64,000 bases of DNA from an uncultured Candidatus Bathyarchaeia archaeon (GTDB lineage: Archaea; Thermoproteota; Bathyarchaeia; Bathyarchaeales; Bathycorpusculaceae). Shown here piece after piece: positions 56,000 to 64,000 of this stretch (its first letter is position 1; the number at the start of each line of letters is the position of its first letter). The stretch is taken from positions 49,009 through 113,008 of the forward strand of contig CAZCSF010000004.1 of assembly GCA_964501295.1 (NCBI GenBank), given 5' to 3'. A program made the position numbers and the translations under genes. The notes beneath the pieces were generated by a model. It had not been told where the DNA came from. It did not search any database and saw only the letters and a program-made list of their open reading frames with translations.

Positions 56000-56554
56000 A
56001 TGAGCAAAAGGAAAGCTTACTACGCAAGTAAAATGAAACGCGCAGTCCACATGCTTTTCTACCGAAGACACAAAAAGCCTGGAGTTAAAGGCTGGGAACT
56101 CCGCAAAGCCTTAGGAGCAGACTATCCAAAAGTCTTAAACATTTTAGACGATTACTTGAAAGCTCTTGACTTGCAGGTTAAGACGGTTTTTGAAGAGGAG
56201 AAACCCGTTGAAAAACCAACCCCCGAACAGTTGGACAAAGCAAGATTCTACATAACATTACGCGGCGAACTCACGCCAAAAGAGGCGAAGATGATTGGCT
56301 GGCGAATAGACGATTTGGCAGGACTAGCCATAACCATAGCCTACATAATATCAAAGAAGGGCAAAGCACCCCGCAAAGAGGTGGAAGAACTGCTGCGGGA
56401 AAAATTGCCCGGATGGAAAGTCGGTCTTAACATAGACCGTTATATACGTTATGGATACTTAACGCAAGACGAGAATGAACAGTTGTATTTGGATTGGCGA
56501 ACACGGGTAGAAGTAGACCAGAAAGCGCTAATAGACGTTCTTTTGTCAAAGTAG
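56000..56554 (+). CDS. kite-like tandem winged-helix protein (ScpB/Nse3-MAGE-like)
   Basis: 184 aa. The ATG directly follows the kleisin-like stop. KMKRAVHMLFYRRHKKPGVKGWELRKALG, LAGLAITIAYIISKKGKAPRKEVEELL and YLDWRTRVEVDQKALIDVL resemble MAGE-homology WH-A and WH-B blocks. Confidence 0.45.
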   Translation: MSKRKAYYASKMKRAVHMLFYRRHKKPGVKGWELRKALGADYPKVLNILDDYLKALDLQVKTVFEEEKPVEKPTPEQLDKARFYITLRGELTPKEAKMIGWRIDDLAGLAITIAYIISKKGKAPRKEVEELLREKLPGWKVGLNIDRYIRYGYLTQDENEQLYLDWRTRVEVDQKALIDVLLSK

Positions 56555-56629
56555 TTTTTTGTTGAAGTTGATGGAGTCGCAAAGTTTATATCCATCGTTT
56601 TTAATTTGATAATTATCGAATTGAAATAG

Positions 56630-57220
56630 ATGAATATAAATTTGGGAGGAAAAAGGGATTTGTCTGAAGAAGAGGATATTAAAGAGGAACTAAAAAAGCT
56701 CAGAAACGAGATTGCAAGCTTAAAAGAACAGCTTAGAGACGCTCAAGAGCGAAGAAAAGAAAGAGGATACAAATTCTACATAGACATCGGCAACAACATC
56801 CGAGAATCCGTTGAAGATGCTCTAGAAAGCGTAGCTGAAAGCATCCACGGAGAACTTGAAAAATCCATATTCATAGGTCCAAGAGGCGTAAAGATAATAA
56901 AGGGAAAAGTTAGCGAAAAAGAGGAAGCCCCCGTAGACTTTTCGAAAACAGCTGAAATAATGAACGCGTTAAGCCACGAACATAGGTTAAAAATATTAAA
57001 GGAACTCATGAGCGGAGGCAAATATGTAAACGAGTTACAGGAAAAACTTCCGGAAATCACAACAAGCACCCTTCTAAGCCACCTTAAAATTTTGGAAGAA
57101 GCAGGACTCGTGGTTCAGGAAAAGGTAAGAGGACGCTACCTAATAACGATGCCTGGAAGAACTGCCTACAAAATGGCGTTTAAAGTAGCAAGGTTTGTGG
57201 AAGAGAGTGATTTAGAATGA
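56630..57220 (+). CDS. ArsR-family winged-helix regulator with ~100-aa N-terminal coiled-coil extension
   Basis: 196 aa. The C-terminus ALSHEHRLKILKELMSGGKYVNELQEKLPEITTSTLLSHLKILEEAGLV is a classic ArsR HTH. Confidence 0.7.
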   Translation: MNINLGGKRDLSEEEDIKEELKKLRNEIASLKEQLRDAQERRKERGYKFYIDIGNNIRESVEDALESVAESIHGELEKSIFIGPRGVKIIKGKVSEKEEAPVDFSKTAEIMNALSHEHRLKILKELMSGGKYVNELQEKLPEITTSTLLSHLKILEEAGLVVQEKVRGRYLITMPGRTAYKMAFKVARFVEESDLE

Positions 57221-57834
57221 TATGGCACAATTATCAACTGGACGACGCTGTTCAAAAAGTAGTAGAAGCGACCACGTTGTGGAAAACGGAAAAAGGCATT
57301 TTAGAAATCAGCAAAGACACGCTGGCAGTGTTGATAAAAGTAAATGACCACAAAATAGGCTGCGTGTTTCACGGCGACGGCAAACTAATTCTAGACACAA
57401 TCGTCGAAACCGACGAGGGCGCCATCGGCAAGCCCATTGAAAAAGAGATTGAAAAACCCTTCATAATGATTGGAAACGTTGAGCATGTTCTACGAAATCT
57501 GGTTGTTGCAAACAGACAAGACCTAGCAAAGAAAGGATATGCAGATGAACGCGAATTTATCGAAAGAGCAGAAGGTTTATGCAAACGTTTCTTCGGAGAA
57601 AGCCCAAGAGTGCACAGACACGGCGCATTCGAGCAAGGCTTAGTTTTCGCTTTCACAAGCGACGACGCCTCTGGCTTAGACATTTTAATCATTAAAAATT
57701 CTAAAATTGTCTATAAGACACGCTGCATGACGTTTATCTCAAACGAAAACAAGATTGTATTGAAAACTCCGGGGAAAACAGTGTTGTCAAATGATGGAAA
57801 ATCAATTGTCTTAGGTGAGCAACGCTTTTTCTAA
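57217..57834 (+). CDS. hypothetical protein translationally coupled to the ArsR-like gene
   Basis: 205 aa with a 4-nt ATGA overlap. No motif recognised. Confidence 0.4.
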   Translation: MIWHNYQLDDAVQKVVEATTLWKTEKGILEISKDTLAVLIKVNDHKIGCVFHGDGKLILDTIVETDEGAIGKPIEKEIEKPFIMIGNVEHVLRNLVVANRQDLAKKGYADEREFIERAEGLCKRFFGESPRVHRHGAFEQGLVFAFTSDDASGLDILIIKNSKIVYKTRCMTFISNENKIVLKTPGKTVLSNDGKSIVLGEQRFF

Positions 57835-57873
57835 AAACCAGTAACGTTTAGCTGCGGATGCACGTTTCTACTT

Positions 57874-58056
57874 TCACTTTCTAATTTTTCTATACAAGAA
57901 AGCTATGATGTCGATTACTATTATTACTGTGAGAATCAGAAGTGGGCTGCCTAGAAACTGGTTTATGGGTGATTCTTCTGCGGCGTAAACGCGGTTAATC
58001 ATTAGGCTAAAGGCTAGAAACAGCGTGTAAACAGTCAAAGCTAATTCTTCTTTCAT
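57874..58056 (-). CDS. small two-TM membrane protein
   Basis: 60 aa with two hydrophobic helices. Confidence 0.3.
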   Translation of the reverse strand: MKEELALTVYTLFLAFSLMINRVYAAEESPINQFLGSPLLILTVIIVIDIIAFLYRKIRK

Positions 58057-58080
58057 GTTTCAGCCGTGCCTTTTTTGCGT

Positions 58081-58518
58081 TTAGACTATGCTGACGTTTT
58101 GTATTTGGAAGTAGCGTTTCATCAGCATGCGGAGCCTTTCGGCGTTTCTGCCGTTCTTTCCTATGGCGACGCCTTTGTCTCTTGGATGAACCGTCACGAC
58201 GGCGATGGTTTTCCCATCCGGCCGCTCGGTTATTCTAACCTCCTGAACTGTGGCGGGTTTTAAGGCGTTCTTGATAAATTGGGCTGGATCATCGGAGTGT
58301 TCAATTACCTCGTGTTTTTTGCCCGTCATTCGCTCTAGTAGTGTTATGTTTCTTCCGCCTCTGCCTATGGCTACTCCCAAGTCGCCCTCTTTGACAACGA
58401 AGATTACACGGCCTTGTTCTTCGTCAACTATGCAGTCTTTTACGCTGGCGCCGCTTATGCTTTCAAACAAGGCGATGTACTTCATCTCTGTGCTTGTGAA
58501 TTTTATGCCGCTGTTCAT
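58081..58518 (-). CDS. nusA: archaeal NusA-like transcription termination/antitermination factor (two KH domains)
   Basis: 145 aa from the ATG at 58518. GVAIGRGGRNI and GVAIGKNGRNA are GxxG KH loops. Conserved position after rpl30e. Confidence 0.85.
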   Translation of the reverse strand: MNSGIKFTSTEMKYIALFESISGASVKDCIVDEEQGRVIFVVKEGDLGVAIGRGGRNITLLERMTGKKHEVIEHSDDPAQFIKNALKPATVQEVRITERPDGKTIAVVTVHPRDKGVAIGKNGRNAERLRMLMKRYFQIQNVSIV

Positions 58519-58856
58519 TCGCTTCCTCCGTGTGTCCCCTCTAATTCGACAGTTTCTATTAATCTGAGAATTTCTGAGTCGCCGGGTTCTCTTATAGTTA
58601 ACGCTGAAATAATGAAGGGTTTTCCACAAACCATGGCTAAATCTGTTGATGACCCTTTATACACGATTAAGGGGATGCTGGAAAGCCGGCAATAGTATTC
58701 TAGGTCTCTGCGGATTTCCATTGGACAATTAGAGGCTATAATTATCATTTTGGCTTTCCCTGTTCTAGCGCTTTGTATGGCGAAGTTTGCGCCAAAATAA
58801 ACTTTACCAGTTTTCACAGCGGTTGTTATTGCTTTATTTACATCTATGTCTGTCAT
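58515..58856 (-). CDS. rpl30e: 50S ribosomal protein L30e
   Basis: 113 aa. AVKTGKVYFGANFAIQSARTGKAKMIIIASNCP...SSIPLIVYKGSSTDLAMVCGKPF. Confidence 0.85.
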   Translation of the reverse strand: MTDIDVNKAITTAVKTGKVYFGANFAIQSARTGKAKMIIIASNCPMEIRRDLEYYCRLSSIPLIVYKGSSTDLAMVCGKPFIISALTIREPGDSEILRLIETVELEGTHGGSE

Positions 58857-61800
58857 TTGTTCTCCCTCTTCAACTCTGAAGTGGACATGAAAAGCTCCAC
58901 CAAGCCCGTGCCTACTGGTATAGATTGGCCAACTATAACGTTTTCAGTTACGCCTTCCAGCGGATCGCTTTCCCCTCGGATGGCTGCATCCACAATGTTT
59001 GGAACAGTTATTTCGAAGGCTGCTCTGGCTAGGACGCTGGCTTTTTTGCCGCTTATGCCGTGTCTTCCAATTTGCTGCACTTCGCCAGTAGCGGTCATCA
59101 TGTCTGAAACAAGCATTACATGGCGTATGTCAACATCTAACCCTTGCTCTTCTAAAACGTTTTTAGCCTCTTGTATGAGGACATTCCTTGCAGCCTCTAT
59201 TCCCAAGGTTTTGGCTATTTCGTGAATGTTGTTTGTTGTTGTCCTAGTGGTGTCAACTCCGTAAACTTCTAAAACTTTGGAGAGATTTGAGCCGTCGGTT
59301 CTGATAACCCACTCGCCATGCTCCTCTGTAACCAAAACACGCTTTATACCTGGAACACCCTTAATGTAGAAGGAGGAAACTTTGTCCAAGAGTTTTTTGA
59401 GGACTTCAGCTTTTTTAGGCTTTATGTGCACGCGGTTCCCGCTTATTTTCACGGTGCAGTTTGCTATTTTCAATTCATCCCTAAGCTCTTGAACTGTTAT
59501 TCCCCTGTCTTCCATCATGGCTTTGTTTAGCTCCACAACTATTTCTTCGCGTACCGGATCTTGATAAATTGCCTCCGCTATATTCTCCAATGTTGTGTAA
59601 AGTATGTTCCGTGCGATTTTGACAGCCGCTTCTTTGCTCTTCCTATGCTTCTCATCCAAGTAGATGACCATTATTGGTGTTGATGGAACCCTTCTGGCAT
59701 CCACAATCTCTATCAGCCGGGGCAAACCTAGAGTTACGTTTTGCTCTCTGACTCCAGCATAGTGGAAAGTTCTAAGGGTCATCTGGGTGCCTGGCTCGCC
59801 TATGGACTGGGCGGAGACTATGCCAACGGCTTCACCTGGCTCCATTAAAGCCTTTTTGTAATGTTCAACTGTCAACTCTACGGCTTTGTCAACGCCTTCC
59901 TTGCTCAGCTTTGCTTCCGCCAAGCCTTGCCTAAGTTCGTTTATAAGCATTGGTGTCAGTTGATCCTCAACTTCTTTCAGTTTATTTTTGATATATTCTG
60001 GAGAGGCTGGCTTACCCTTTTCCATTCCGATTCTTATCTGCTCAATTAAGCGGTTAACGTTCACAGCCTTTCCATGGTCGCTTTTGGCGGGATCAACACC
60101 ATCCTCACCATATTTGAATTGGATTATGTCTCCAGCTGAGCTTCTCACGGTTCCATCGTATTCTAAGCGAAGGTGTTCCAGCGCATTGATTAGCCGCCTC
60201 TGCATGTAACCGCTCTGCTGCGTCCTAACAGCCGTGTCCACTAGGCCTTCTCTTCCTCCCATGGCGTGGAAGAAGAATTCAATGGAGTCTAAACCCTTCT
60301 GGTATGAAGAGTAAACAAAACCCCTTGCCTTTGGGGTTGGATCGCCATATTTAAAGTGGGGTAAGGCGCGGCCGATATATCCTCTCATTATTCGTTTTCC
60401 ACGGACTGCTTGTTGTCCCACACATGCACTCATCTGTCCAATGTTGAGGGCTGAACCTCTAGCGCCAGTGCGGGTCATGATTATGCCTGAATTTTCAAGA
60501 GCGAAATCTTCATCAGCTATTTTTCCAGACTCGTCCCTTGCTTTAGCCAGTTCGTTCATTACGTAAATTTCAAAGGAGTCCTCCAGAGTCTGCCCGGGAA
60601 GCCTTTGTAATGTGCCGTTGCGATAGCTTTCCACAAGCTCGCTGATCCTTTTCTCAACCCTTTCCATAATTTTTCTTATCTTACTCTCAGCCTGCGGTGA
60701 AAGAACAAGCTCTTCATAGGAGTATGTGAAACCCCGCATTGTTATGAAAAGTTTCAACAACCGCGTAATCTTATTTATAAACGCGCGTCCAGATTCCGTC
60801 CCATAATCTTTTATTATTCTGTGAAGGAGGCTTTCAGACTGTTCAGCTCCTATGGCGCGTCTGTCGATTACGCCGCTTATGAGTTCGCCGTTTTTAACAA
60901 CAACGTAGGCGTCGTAGGGGCATTCCTCTTTTAGGCATTTGGAGCATCCATGGCAAATGTTCGCCTTCAAAACATAGTTCAAGTCTTTGGGAAGGAAGAG
61001 GCTGAAGATTTGTTTACCACTCCACATAGGTTGCGGTTCTTTAATCTGGGGTTCAGGCAAAGGTCCTTCGTATTCAGCCGCCATTAACAATCTGCTGACT
61101 TCATCCTTTGTGAGGTAGTTGGATTTTCTGGTGAAGAGATAGGCAGCTGTTATAAAATCTCGAATTGCTCCTATTATTGGACCGCCAAACCTTGGAGAAA
61201 GTATCTGGTCTTGAACCTGCATTAAAAGGCGGGCTTCTGTTTGAGCCTCTTCACTTTGGGGAATGTGAAGGTTCATCTCGTCTCCGTCAAAGTCAGCGTT
61301 GTAGGGTGGACACACACATAGGTGAAGCCTAAACGTCTTGTATGGGAGAACCCGTACACGATGCGCCATTATGGACATTCTGTGAAGGGATGGCTGACGA
61401 TTGAAGATGGCTATGTCGCCGTTTTTAAGGTGTCTTTCAACAATAAACCCTGGCTCAAGGGCTTCAGCGATCTTCTCCCTATCAGCCACAAATTCAAGCC
61501 TAATGCGTTTGCCGTCTGGACGGATAATGTAAAGAGCCCCGGGATATTTTAATGGTCCATTTATGACAAGTTTCCGCATTTCTTCAATGTTCCATGGAGT
61601 TACTTTTTCGGGCACTGAAAGCCTCATGGCAACTTCCATGGGCACGCCAACCTCGTTGATGTCGAGGTTGGGATCTGGAGATATGACTGTGCGCGCTGAA
61701 AAGTCAACCCTCTTCCCGGAAAGGTTGCTTCTGAATCTTCCCTCCTTTCCCTTCAGCCTCTGAGAAAGCGTTTTTAGGGCTCTGCCGGAACGGTGCCTTG

Positions 61801-62674
61801 CCGGCGGTATTCCAGAAGCTTCATTGTTGAAGTATGTTGTCACATGATATTGGAGAAGCTCTGACAGGTCTTGAATTATGAGCGTTGGGGCTCCAGCATC
61901 CATGTTTTCCTTCAGTCTTTGATTAATTCGGATTATATCCACAAGTTTATGTGTCAAATCGTCTTCTGAACGTATGCCAGACTCCAAAGTTATGGATGGA
62001 CGCACGTAAACGGGTGGAACTGGTAGCACTTGTAAAACCATCCATTCTGGGCGGGCGGTTTTAGGGTCGAAGCCTAAAAGTTCAAGGTCTTCGTTGGGTA
62101 TGCGCTCAAGCCTCTCCCTAACCATGCTTGGCGTTAAAAGCTGGGCACCGCTTTCAGGGATTTCCTCGCTGAATTTTGTTGGTTTTTCAAAGGTTATTTT
62201 GTATTGGGAGGCATTGCAGTGGGGGCAAGTTTTAGATTTAGTTTCTTGAACTATCCTCTTAAACATTTCATCCGGAACCGTTCCCAAAAGTTGGCGGGTT
62301 TTTTCAATTCTAGCCCGCAGTTTTTTGACGGAGTCTTCTGGAAGGAGCATTCTCCCACAGTTTCTGCAAGTTGTTCTCAAAAGGTCGTAAATTATTCTAG
62401 CGAATTCGATGTGGATTATGGGAACTGCAAGCTCGATGTGGCCGAAGTGTCCTGGACAGCGGATCGCCGTGTTCCCGCAGGTTTTGCATCTTTGCCTTGG
62501 TTCAAGGGTTCCAAGACGCCCATCCATCAGCCCAGCGGTTATTGGAGCGCCATCCTCATCATAAGTGTCTGGAGTTTGAATTTCAACAACTGAAAGTTTG
62601 CGTATTTCTTGCGGCGAAAAAAATCCAAAACGAATTTCATCGACAACTTTATGGGCAACTTCTTCTAACGCCAT
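58853..62674 (-). CDS. rpoA: DNA-directed RNA polymerase subunit A (Rpo1), unsplit A'+A'' in a single ORF
   Basis: 1273 aa. Zinc sites CKTCGN...CPGHFGH, catalytic NADFDGDEMNLH, then in the same frame the A''-type region (EPGEAVGIVSAQSIGEPGTQMTLRTFHYAGV ... VIVGQSIPVGTG). Confidence 0.9.
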   Translation of the reverse strand: MALEEVAHKVVDEIRFGFFSPQEIRKLSVVEIQTPDTYDEDGAPITAGLMDGRLGTLEPRQRCKTCGNTAIRCPGHFGHIELAVPIIHIEFARIIYDLLRTTCRNCGRMLLPEDSVKKLRARIEKTRQLLGTVPDEMFKRIVQETKSKTCPHCNASQYKITFEKPTKFSEEIPESGAQLLTPSMVRERLERIPNEDLELLGFDPKTARPEWMVLQVLPVPPVYVRPSITLESGIRSEDDLTHKLVDIIRINQRLKENMDAGAPTLIIQDLSELLQYHVTTYFNNEASGIPPARHRSGRALKTLSQRLKGKEGRFRSNLSGKRVDFSARTVISPDPNLDINEVGVPMEVAMRLSVPEKVTPWNIEEMRKLVINGPLKYPGALYIIRPDGKRIRLEFVADREKIAEALEPGFIVERHLKNGDIAIFNRQPSLHRMSIMAHRVRVLPYKTFRLHLCVCPPYNADFDGDEMNLHIPQSEEAQTEARLLMQVQDQILSPRFGGPIIGAIRDFITAAYLFTRKSNYLTKDEVSRLLMAAEYEGPLPEPQIKEPQPMWSGKQIFSLFLPKDLNYVLKANICHGCSKCLKEECPYDAYVVVKNGELISGVIDRRAIGAEQSESLLHRIIKDYGTESGRAFINKITRLLKLFITMRGFTYSYEELVLSPQAESKIRKIMERVEKRISELVESYRNGTLQRLPGQTLEDSFEIYVMNELAKARDESGKIADEDFALENSGIIMTRTGARGSALNIGQMSACVGQQAVRGKRIMRGYIGRALPHFKYGDPTPKARGFVYSSYQKGLDSIEFFFHAMGGREGLVDTAVRTQQSGYMQRRLINALEHLRLEYDGTVRSSAGDIIQFKYGEDGVDPAKSDHGKAVNVNRLIEQIRIGMEKGKPASPEYIKNKLKEVEDQLTPMLINELRQGLAEAKLSKEGVDKAVELTVEHYKKALMEPGEAVGIVSAQSIGEPGTQMTLRTFHYAGVREQNVTLGLPRLIEIVDARRVPSTPIMVIYLDEKHRKSKEAAVKIARNILYTTLENIAEAIYQDPVREEIVVELNKAMMEDRGITVQELRDELKIANCTVKISGNRVHIKPKKAEVLKKLLDKVSSFYIKGVPGIKRVLVTEEHGEWVIRTDGSNLSKVLEVYGVDTTRTTTNNIHEIAKTLGIEAARNVLIQEAKNVLEEQGLDVDIRHVMLVSDMMTATGEVQQIGRHGISGKKASVLARAAFEITVPNIVDAAIRGESDPLEGVTENVIVGQSIPVGTGLVELFMSTSELKRENK

Positions 62675-62675
62675 C

Positions 62676-64000
62676 TCACGCCCTCTCCTTAAGTTTCAAC
62701 TTCGGCGCAATGCAAAGGCTCATCAGTTCTTGTAAGAGAAGCTTAAAAGCATAAGACACTATAACTGGCGAGATTTTCGCCTTGTCTTCGCATAGTCTAC
62801 ATATGTGCTTTCTTTGTTTCATGTCGTAGTAGGCTATGTAGCCGCAGTTTTCACAAACATATAAAGTGTACTTGTCCGACTCTTCCAGCAACCTATCATG
62901 GAGAAGCATTGCTGCTCCGTGTCCGATAAGGCAGTCTCGCTCCATTTCTCCGAATCTTAGACCTCCGCCTCTCGCTCTTCCTTCGGTTGGCTGCCGCGTC
63001 AGCATCTGCACTTGTCCCCTAGCCCTTGCATGTATTTTGTCTGCCACCATGTGGTGCAGTTTCTGGTAATACACGACTCCAACGAAAATGTCTGCCACAA
63101 ACTTTTCGCCGGTAACACCGTTATAGAAGACTTCTCTTCCGGTGTGGCTGAAGCCAAGCTTTATTAGGGCTTTTCTCAGTTCTTCCGACCTTTCATTTGA
63201 GAAGGGAGTTCCATCCACAAGTTTTCCCCTAATGGCCGCAACTTTGCTCGCTATTGACTCGATGAACTGCCCAATGGTCATTCTCGATGGGATTGCATGG
63301 GGGTTTATTATTATATCTGGGACTATGCCGTCCTCTGTGAAGGGCATGTCTTCTTGGGGAACAATCAATCCGATAACTCCTTTCTGACCATGACGGGATG
63401 CAAATTTATCGCCTAGTTCGGGAATCCTCTGGTCTCTAACCCGAACCTTGACAAGTTTGCTTCCCTCGCCGGAGTCTGTTATGAAAACGGCATCAACTAT
63501 ACCTGTTTCTGAAGGCCTCATGTCCACAGATGTGTCACGCATCGACGGCCCTTTAACTTCGAATTCCTTATATTCTTCCAGGAACCTCGGTGGGCTCGTT
63601 CTCCCTATTAAAACGTCGCCGCCTGCTACTTGGGCTTCTAAACTGATTATTCCATCGGGCTCCAGCAGTCTATAGTATTGTTCTCCTCTAAAACCTCTTG
63701 TACCTGGCTCGGGTATTGTGAACTTGTCTTTTAATCCACCCATGTATTGTCGGCATTCAGCCTCATATATTCTGTAGAAGGTTGAGCGTGCCAAGCCCCT
63801 TTCTATTGAGGCTTTGTTAAAAACTAGGGCGTCTTCCATGTTGTAGCCTTCAAAGGAGAGGACAGCCAATACGCAGTTTTGTCCGGAAGGACGAAGTTTG
63901 TATCCCATGGTTTCCATTAAAGCGGTTTCCACAAGGGGCGTTTGTGGATAGTGGAGTATGTGGGCTCTTGAGTCTACGCGGAGGGGGAAGTTTGTGGCGA
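62676..64000 (-). CDS. rpoB: DNA-directed RNA polymerase subunit B (Rpo2), C-terminal part; ORF runs off the window edge
   Basis: [22 protein letters not shown], and C-terminal zinc ribbon CENCGYI...CRLCEDK. The frame stays open upstream of the listed GVG-type start at 63932 ([23 protein letters not shown]). Confidence 0.9.
   Translation of the reverse strand, partial: ATNFPLRVDSRAHILHYPQTPLVETALMETMGYKLRPSGQNCVLAVLSFEGYNMEDALVFNKASIERGLARSTFYRIYEAECRQYMGGLKDKFTIPEPGTRGFRGEQYYRLLEPDGIISLEAQVAGGDVLIGRTSPPRFLEEYKEFEVKGPSMRDTSVDMRPSETGIVDAVFITDSGEGSKLVKVRVRDQRIPELGDKFASRHGQKGVIGLIVPQEDMPFTEDGIVPDIIINPHAIPSRMTIGQFIESIASKVAAIRGKLVDGTPFSNERSEELRKALIKLGFSHTGREVFYNGVTGEKFVADIFVGVVYYQKLHHMVADKIHARARGQVQMLTRQPTEGRARGGGLRFGEMERDCLIGHGAAMLLHDRLLEESDKYTLYVCENCGYIAYYDMKQRKHICRLCEDKAKISPVIVSYAFKLLLQELMSLCIAPKLKLKERA

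Noticed and set aside
1-64000. Scan for CRISPR arrays, rRNA genes, IS elements or transposases, inteins in nrdD/rpoA/rpoB, and C/D-box sRNAs in intergenic gaps
   Set aside because: There are no regularly spaced repeat-spacer structures, no rRNA-like segments and no transposase-like ORFs. The large proteins align continuously with their families and show no insert-sized interruptions. I could not find convincing RUGAUGA...CUGA box pairs by eye. A proper covariance-model scan would be needed to exclude small RNAs.

Overview
Densely coding archaeal chromosomal segment. Archaeal markers: class I CCA-adding enzyme, Dpo4-type Y-family polymerase, KH-only NusA, L30e, RpoH, and an rpoB-rpoA-rpl30e-nusA cluster. 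The unsplit rpoA suggests a TACK-type lineage (Thaumarchaeota/Bathyarchaeia-like), which is inference only. Content runs in blocks. (1) 0-18 kb is housekeeping: RNase Z, Trm11-like methyltransferase, PRPP synthase, class II-like HMG-CoA reductase, M20 peptidase, ThpR, CCA enzyme, UppP, Dpo4. (2) 18-22 kb holds tRNA-Gln(CUG) and a run of small membrane proteins. (3) 22.6-26 kb is nrdR-nrdD-nrdG. (4) Next come TldD/PmbA, an unusually long Rpb5-like RpoH, and a 1356-aa S8 protease. (5) 36-47 kb is an acyl-CoA block: one canonical thiolase with a DUF35 partner, two thiolase-fold paralogues lacking the catalytic Cys/His with two further DUF35 proteins, and a B12 acyl-CoA mutase with MeaB and an adenosyltransferase. 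(6) 47.8-53.1 kb looks variable: SPFH/zinc-ribbon genes, VapBC, orphans and an NTase-fold protein. (7) 53.2-56.6 kb is a tightly coupled three-gene operon that I read as a short hinge-less SMC5/6-like ATPase, a kleisin-like protein and a MAGE/Nse3-like kite protein. This is my best candidate for an undescribed system. (8) 58-64 kb is the RNA polymerase cluster. Three type II toxin-antitoxin cassettes are present, and two are bracketed by duplications of neighbouring gene ends. I saw no rRNA, CRISPR array, transposase or integrase. All functional calls come from motif recognition by eye on the supplied translations; no database search was run.
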